A stretch of 64,000 nucleotides of DNA from Candidatus Hydrogenedentota bacterium (GTDB lineage: Bacteria > Hydrogenedentota > Hydrogenedentia > Hydrogenedentales > SLHB01), in the NCBI GenBank assembly GCA_963668025.2, contig CAXXTH010000006.1, positions 1 through 64,000 on the forward strand. The letters run 5' to 3'. A model generated the notes under the pieces. That model was not told the origin of the DNA and made no database searches. It saw only the letters and a program-made list of their open reading frames with translations. The position numbers and the translations under genes are program-made. Below, one piece after another: positions 60,066 to 64,000 of the stretch. How positions within the stretch are numbered: position 1 is the stretch's first letter; each line of letters starts with the position of its first letter.

Positions 60066-61373
60066 ATGCACAAGCTCATGGTGCAATGGCTTTATGGCCA
60101 GTTGCCGGAATTGGTTCGCGGCGGGGTGCTCGATGAAGCGGCGGCGAGCCGCATTCGGGCACATTACGGGGACGTCTTTGGGCGGGCCAGCAAACCGGGC
60201 GCGTGGTTGCTGGCGGTGTTCGGCGTGATCGGAGGCGCGCTGATCGCCCTCGGAATTATCCTTCTGTTCGCGCATAACTGGGATGAGCTGTCCCGGCCCG
60301 TCCGCGCGGTGGTTTCCTTCCTGCCATTGCTGGCGGGGCAAGCCCTCACCGCATGGACATTGGCCCGGCGCAAGGATTCGCTCGCGTTTCGTGAAGGTGC
60401 GGGGACGTTTTTAACGCTCGCCATCGGCGCATGCATCGCCCTCATCGCGCAAACCTACCAAATCCCTGGAAACCTGGCCAATTTCCTGTTCACCTGGACG
60501 ATTCTGGCCTTGCCCATCGCGTATTTATTACAGGCAACCGTCCCGGCGATGCTGTATATGGCGGGCATTACAGCATGGGCCATCACGGAGCGGGTGGACC
60601 GGGGAAATGTCCATTTTTACTGGCTTTTATTGGTTCTGATACTACCCTATTTGTGGAGCGCTTTCCGCCATCGCCCCCAATCTCCTAGCAGCGTCTGGCT
60701 GGCATGGGGTGCAAGCATATGTGCATGCATCGTGATTCCTCCCCTGATGATAGTAAACGGCCTGCCAGGAATGGGGCTGCTGGCGTATTCGGCCATGCTG
60801 GGCGCTTTCTTCTTGAGCGGCGCCACGCTCGATCAAGACGCCGCCCGCTGGAAGCTGCCCTTTGCCGTCGTGGGCGTGGTGGGCACAGTCATTGTCATGC
60901 TGGTAATGACGTACACGAATGCTTGGGAGGAGATATGGTGCATATCTGATGGAGATTTATGGGATGTTTGGCCGAATATCGTGCTCGTCGTGGCGCTATA
61001 CATCTGTGTGGTGTTATTGTTGATTCGCCATTTCGTTGATATGTCCTTCGCTGTTCGGGCGTTCGGGGCATGCGCACCGTTGGCACTGGCAGGCTATTTA
61101 GTGGCGTTGGCATCGCATACTTCCGAGTTCTCCGCGTATACATTCAATGCATACATGCTGGCGCTGGCCATTGGGCTAATGGTACAAGGAGCACGCACGG
61201 ACCGGCTGGCGGTGCTGAATGGCGGCATGGGCATATTCGCCCTCTGGATTACGGCAAGGTTTTTCGATGCGGACCTAAGCTTTTTATGGCGCGGAATCCT
61301 GTTCATTGTTCTTGGTGCGGCCTTTTTGGCGGCGAATATGGTGATATTGTCGCGGCGCAGGAGGGCGTCCTGA
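60066..61373 (+). CDS. DUF2157-like polytopic membrane protein
   Basis: 'LIALGIILLFAHNWDELSR', 'IALIAQTYQI'; adjacent to a GDYXXLXY gene. Confidence 0.85.
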   Translation: MHKLMVQWLYGQLPELVRGGVLDEAAASRIRAHYGDVFGRASKPGAWLLAVFGVIGGALIALGIILLFAHNWDELSRPVRAVVSFLPLLAGQALTAWTLARRKDSLAFREGAGTFLTLAIGACIALIAQTYQIPGNLANFLFTWTILALPIAYLLQATVPAMLYMAGITAWAITERVDRGNVHFYWLLLVLILPYLWSAFRHRPQSPSSVWLAWGASICACIVIPPLMIVNGLPGMGLLAYSAMLGAFFLSGATLDQDAARWKLPFAVVGVVGTVIVMLVMTYTNAWEEIWCISDGDLWDVWPNIVLVVALYICVVLLLIRHFVDMSFAVRAFGACAPLALAGYLVALASHTSEFSAYTFNAYMLALAIGLMVQGARTDRLAVLNGGMGIFALWITARFFDADLSFLWRGILFIVLGAAFLAANMVILSRRRRAS

Positions 61374-61942
61374 TGCAGAAGATCATTATTTGGAGCGCAT
61401 TCGGCCTTATGGCGGCAGCCCAGCTTTTCGTGCCCGCGAGCATGATCGCAGGGCATGAAATTGTTCTGCAGAATGGAACGCTTTACCGTTTTAAGACTGC
61501 GCCAGTAGATCCCTATGATGCTTTTCGAGGGCGTTTTGTGAGCGTGCGCCTGGAAGGCTTGAGGGAGGTTGAAGCCAAAGATACCGCTTTCGAGCCCGGC
61601 GAAAAAGCTTGTGCGTATATTGGCGTCGACGAAGCTGGTTTTGGCTATATCACGCACGCGACTAAGCGTCCGGAAGAGCCAGGAGATTACCTATATGTAG
61701 AGATCATCCACACTTACGAGGGCAAGCTCGTCTTCAAAGACGTTATTGACCGGTATTACATGCCGGAGGATTTGGCCCCGGAAGCCGAGCGGGCATATCG
61801 GGAACACTCGCGCAACGGGGATGTCGAAAGACGGGACGCGTTTGTAACAGTGCGAGTGCGATCTGGCAAGGCGGTACTTGAAGACCTCTATGTGGCGGGA
61901 AAGCCTATCCGGGAATTTTTGAATACCCATCCCCCCAACTAA
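61373..61942 (+). CDS. GDYXXLXY-domain membrane-anchored protein
   Basis: 'TAPVDPYDAFRGRFV', 'DRYYMPE'; TGATG coupling with the upstream gene. Confidence 0.85.
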   Translation: MQKIIIWSAFGLMAAAQLFVPASMIAGHEIVLQNGTLYRFKTAPVDPYDAFRGRFVSVRLEGLREVEAKDTAFEPGEKACAYIGVDEAGFGYITHATKRPEEPGDYLYVEIIHTYEGKLVFKDVIDRYYMPEDLAPEAERAYREHSRNGDVERRDAFVTVRVRSGKAVLEDLYVAGKPIREFLNTHPPN

Positions 61943-61976
61943 AGGCCTAAATAAGGAATCCTGTATTTTCTAGTGC

Positions 61977-64000
61977 TTATACAGGCAGCCGCCGTCTTTG
62001 CCTGGCGGCTCCTGTTACAATAATCACAAGCGACAATACCAAGACCGGCAGCGGCGCGGTATTGGTATTGGGTACGAGGGGATCTGTTCCCGCATCGACT
62101 TCTTCACCATCGCTCACGCCGTCGCCATCCGTGTCCGCGTCGGTTGGATTCGTTCCCCGCGATGCCTCTTCGTCATCGGATAGGCCGTCATTATCGGAAT
62201 CGGTGTCGATGAAAGAGGGGTACCCATCGCCATCGGGATCGTCCACACCTTCGAGCATATCGCCTAAGCCATCGTCGTCCTGATCCGCGCCTGTTTGGGG
62301 TGCGGCGATGAAGTCCACCGCAATATTTCCCGCCGCGTTGGTGGGGTCGAGGCGGAGCGCGGTGATCTCGTGTCCGGTCCATTCCGCATGGTCTGATAGA
62401 TCGAGTGTGTAGAGGTGGAAGGCCCCGTCCGCGGAGATAGGGAATTTACGGGAGCGGGATTCCGCGAATCCCGCCGCATCGGGCCGCGCCCAGAAGAGCT
62501 GCGCTTCAGAACCGGCGTCCGCGCGCATGCGTACGCAGATTTTCTGTGTCACATCGCCCAAGAGAAACATGCTGGGACGTGACAGGTAGGGATCTTCTCC
62601 TGTGGCGCGCAACTGAAGAAAACCACCAGCTACAGTCATGTTTATTACTTGATTCAAGGCTTTCCAGCCTTCTTGATCGCCTATGGTGTCGAACAGGAAA
62701 TGCACCTGTGTCGCGGCGGGCAATGCTTCCTTCCAGGCGCTCAGGCCGATGATGGGCAGCGCGAACGCGGCTTCGCTCTCGAAGTCCGGTGTGCCCGCCG
62801 CCTGGAACACGCGCCAGCTCCGCTTTTTGGCGAGAGGCTGGGCGGGGAAGGATGCGCTGGTGTTGCGCGTCCAGAGGCCCAGTAGAAGGCCGCCCTCCAG
62901 ACCATGGTCCACATGCCGGTGAAGGATGAAGGCGTCAATCCCCGGGGTGTGGCTCAGCTTCCACCACGCGCAGGCATATGCCGCCGCTTGGATATCTTGT
63001 CCATCCGTGGTGGAGGGGGTGTGAAAACCTTGCTCCGATAAGATGATTCGGTGCGGTTCGCCATTCACGAGCATGCCGGGCTGCCGCATGTAGACGGGCA
63101 GGATCTCGATATTCTTGAAAGTGATGCGTTTCGTGTTGAAGGTGAATGTGGCGGTGTTGTCCTTCCAAAATCTTGGCTCGAATAGATTCTGCGGATACGG
63201 ATGGTAGGCGATATTCCAGGGAAAGTCTCCCTGCGCTTTGCTGTTGGTGTTCATCAAATTCATGACATCGCGGCCTTTGCCGGAATGAGTTGTGCTGCCC
63301 GCCTGCCCGGTCCAGTAATGAGTCATGCTGATCAGTGCGCGGGCGTCGCGGTGGAATTTACGAACAGCCAAATCCGCGATACGCACCTGCCGGGTGTAGT
63401 CGGCCATGAAGTCCGCAATGGAGATCGCGCCCATGTTGTGCCAATCCCAGTGGGCGTCCACTTCATTGCCCACGATGAAGTTTGATGCCCAGCCGCAGGC
63501 GCGGCCCGGATCGGAATAGCGGAAAGCCAAAAACTCGACGGCGGCGCGGTAATAGCGGTAGCCGTCCTGGTCTGTTACATTAAAAGCGCCCAGATGGTTG
63601 GGGGCATTCGCCAGGTCGGTAAGGGGGTGGATCAGCGGGTGGCCATTGTCGCTCGTGGGAATGGAGTTTAGCATGATGAGCGTAACATCGCACCCGGCGT
63701 CTGTCAGTTGCTTGACTTGGCTGTCAAGCCCGGCGACATAATTAATATTAATGGGTATGGCCTGGCCGTCCACATCCCAGGTTGCGGAAGGGCTGGCATT
63801 GCCCCAATCCACCACGCTGCTCAACACGACATTAAGCCCGGCATGGCGCACCCCTAGTTCGATGGCGTCGTCCGCCATTTGAACTTGCAAGCCTTTGATG
63901 GTGTCCGGCTTCAAAAAAGAGAAATTACGATCATCGGTGAAACTCCAATGCCGGGCGGCAGCGGAGGGCTCGTGGCCATCATAAGCGGCGTTATCCGTGA
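61977..64000 (-). CDS. DUF5722-like glycoside-hydrolase-like surface protein with Asp-rich Ca-binding repeats and C-terminal anchor; 5' end beyond the window
   Basis: Frame stays open to the right edge; 'IVGNEVD', 'AYHPYPQ', 'ILSEQGF', DxDxDG repeats, TM plus RQRRR tail. Confidence 0.78.
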   Translation of the reverse strand, partial: TDNAAYDGHEPSAAARHWSFTDDRNFSFLKPDTIKGLQVQMADDAIELGVRHAGLNVVLSSVVDWGNASPSATWDVDGQAIPININYVAGLDSQVKQLTDAGCDVTLIMLNSIPTSDNGHPLIHPLTDLANAPNHLGAFNVTDQDGYRYYRAAVEFLAFRYSDPGRACGWASNFIVGNEVDAHWDWHNMGAISIADFMADYTRQVRIADLAVRKFHRDARALISMTHYWTGQAGSTTHSGKGRDVMNLMNTNSKAQGDFPWNIAYHPYPQNLFEPRFWKDNTATFTFNTKRITFKNIEILPVYMRQPGMLVNGEPHRIILSEQGFHTPSTTDGQDIQAAAYACAWWKLSHTPGIDAFILHRHVDHGLEGGLLLGLWTRNTSASFPAQPLAKKRSWRVFQAAGTPDFESEAAFALPIIGLSAWKEALPAATQVHFLFDTIGDQEGWKALNQVINMTVAGGFLQLRATGEDPYLSRPSMFLLGDVTQKICVRMRADAGSEAQLFWARPDAAGFAESRSRKFPISADGAFHLYTLDLSDHAEWTGHEITALRLDPTNAAGNIAVDFIAAPQTGADQDDDGLGDMLEGVDDPDGDGYPSFIDTDSDNDGLSDDEEASRGTNPTDADTDGDGVSDGEEVDAGTDPLVPNTNTAPLPVLVLSLVIIVTGAARQRRRLPV

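Overview
Bacterial chromosomal window of roughly 55-60% GC (estimated by eye). Gene content suggests a diderm such as Candidatus Hydrogenedentes or a relative; this is inference only. Housekeeping content: metH, tyrS, a tRNA(Thr-Tyr-Gly-Thr)-tuf-tRNA(Trp)-secE-nusG-rplK-rplA block that runs into metK instead of rplJL-rpoBC, ilvD, tRNA-Ser, and gcvT-H-PA-PB behind a ZTP (pfl) riboswitch. Accessory content: several large glycoside-hydrolase-like proteins, two cobalamin-dependent radical SAM/glycosyltransferase clusters, a heme-c sensor MCP, dprA, a beta-propeller-LptD fusion, and an ArsR-led ABC operon with a Cys-Gly-Pro-repeat protein. Mobile DNA: an intact DDE IS (39209-41030, 17-bp TIRs, 6-bp target duplication), a complete class IIC-type group II intron directly behind the ilvD terminator (51051-52942), and several REP/MITE-like families including a composite tandem array at 59451-60047. 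The strongest candidate for an undescribed system is a probably leaderless, autoregulated PadR gene followed by three tandem mosaic paralogs that fuse a PadR-associated helical (HAAS-like) domain to a pilin-like extracytoplasmic domain (28576-31697). Other oddities: a HypA lacking its whole Zn-finger, a GH1 with Gly at the nucleophile position, and a stand-alone serine-recombinase DNA-binding domain behind a near-consensus promoter. All family calls are by visual motif recognition; no searches were run.
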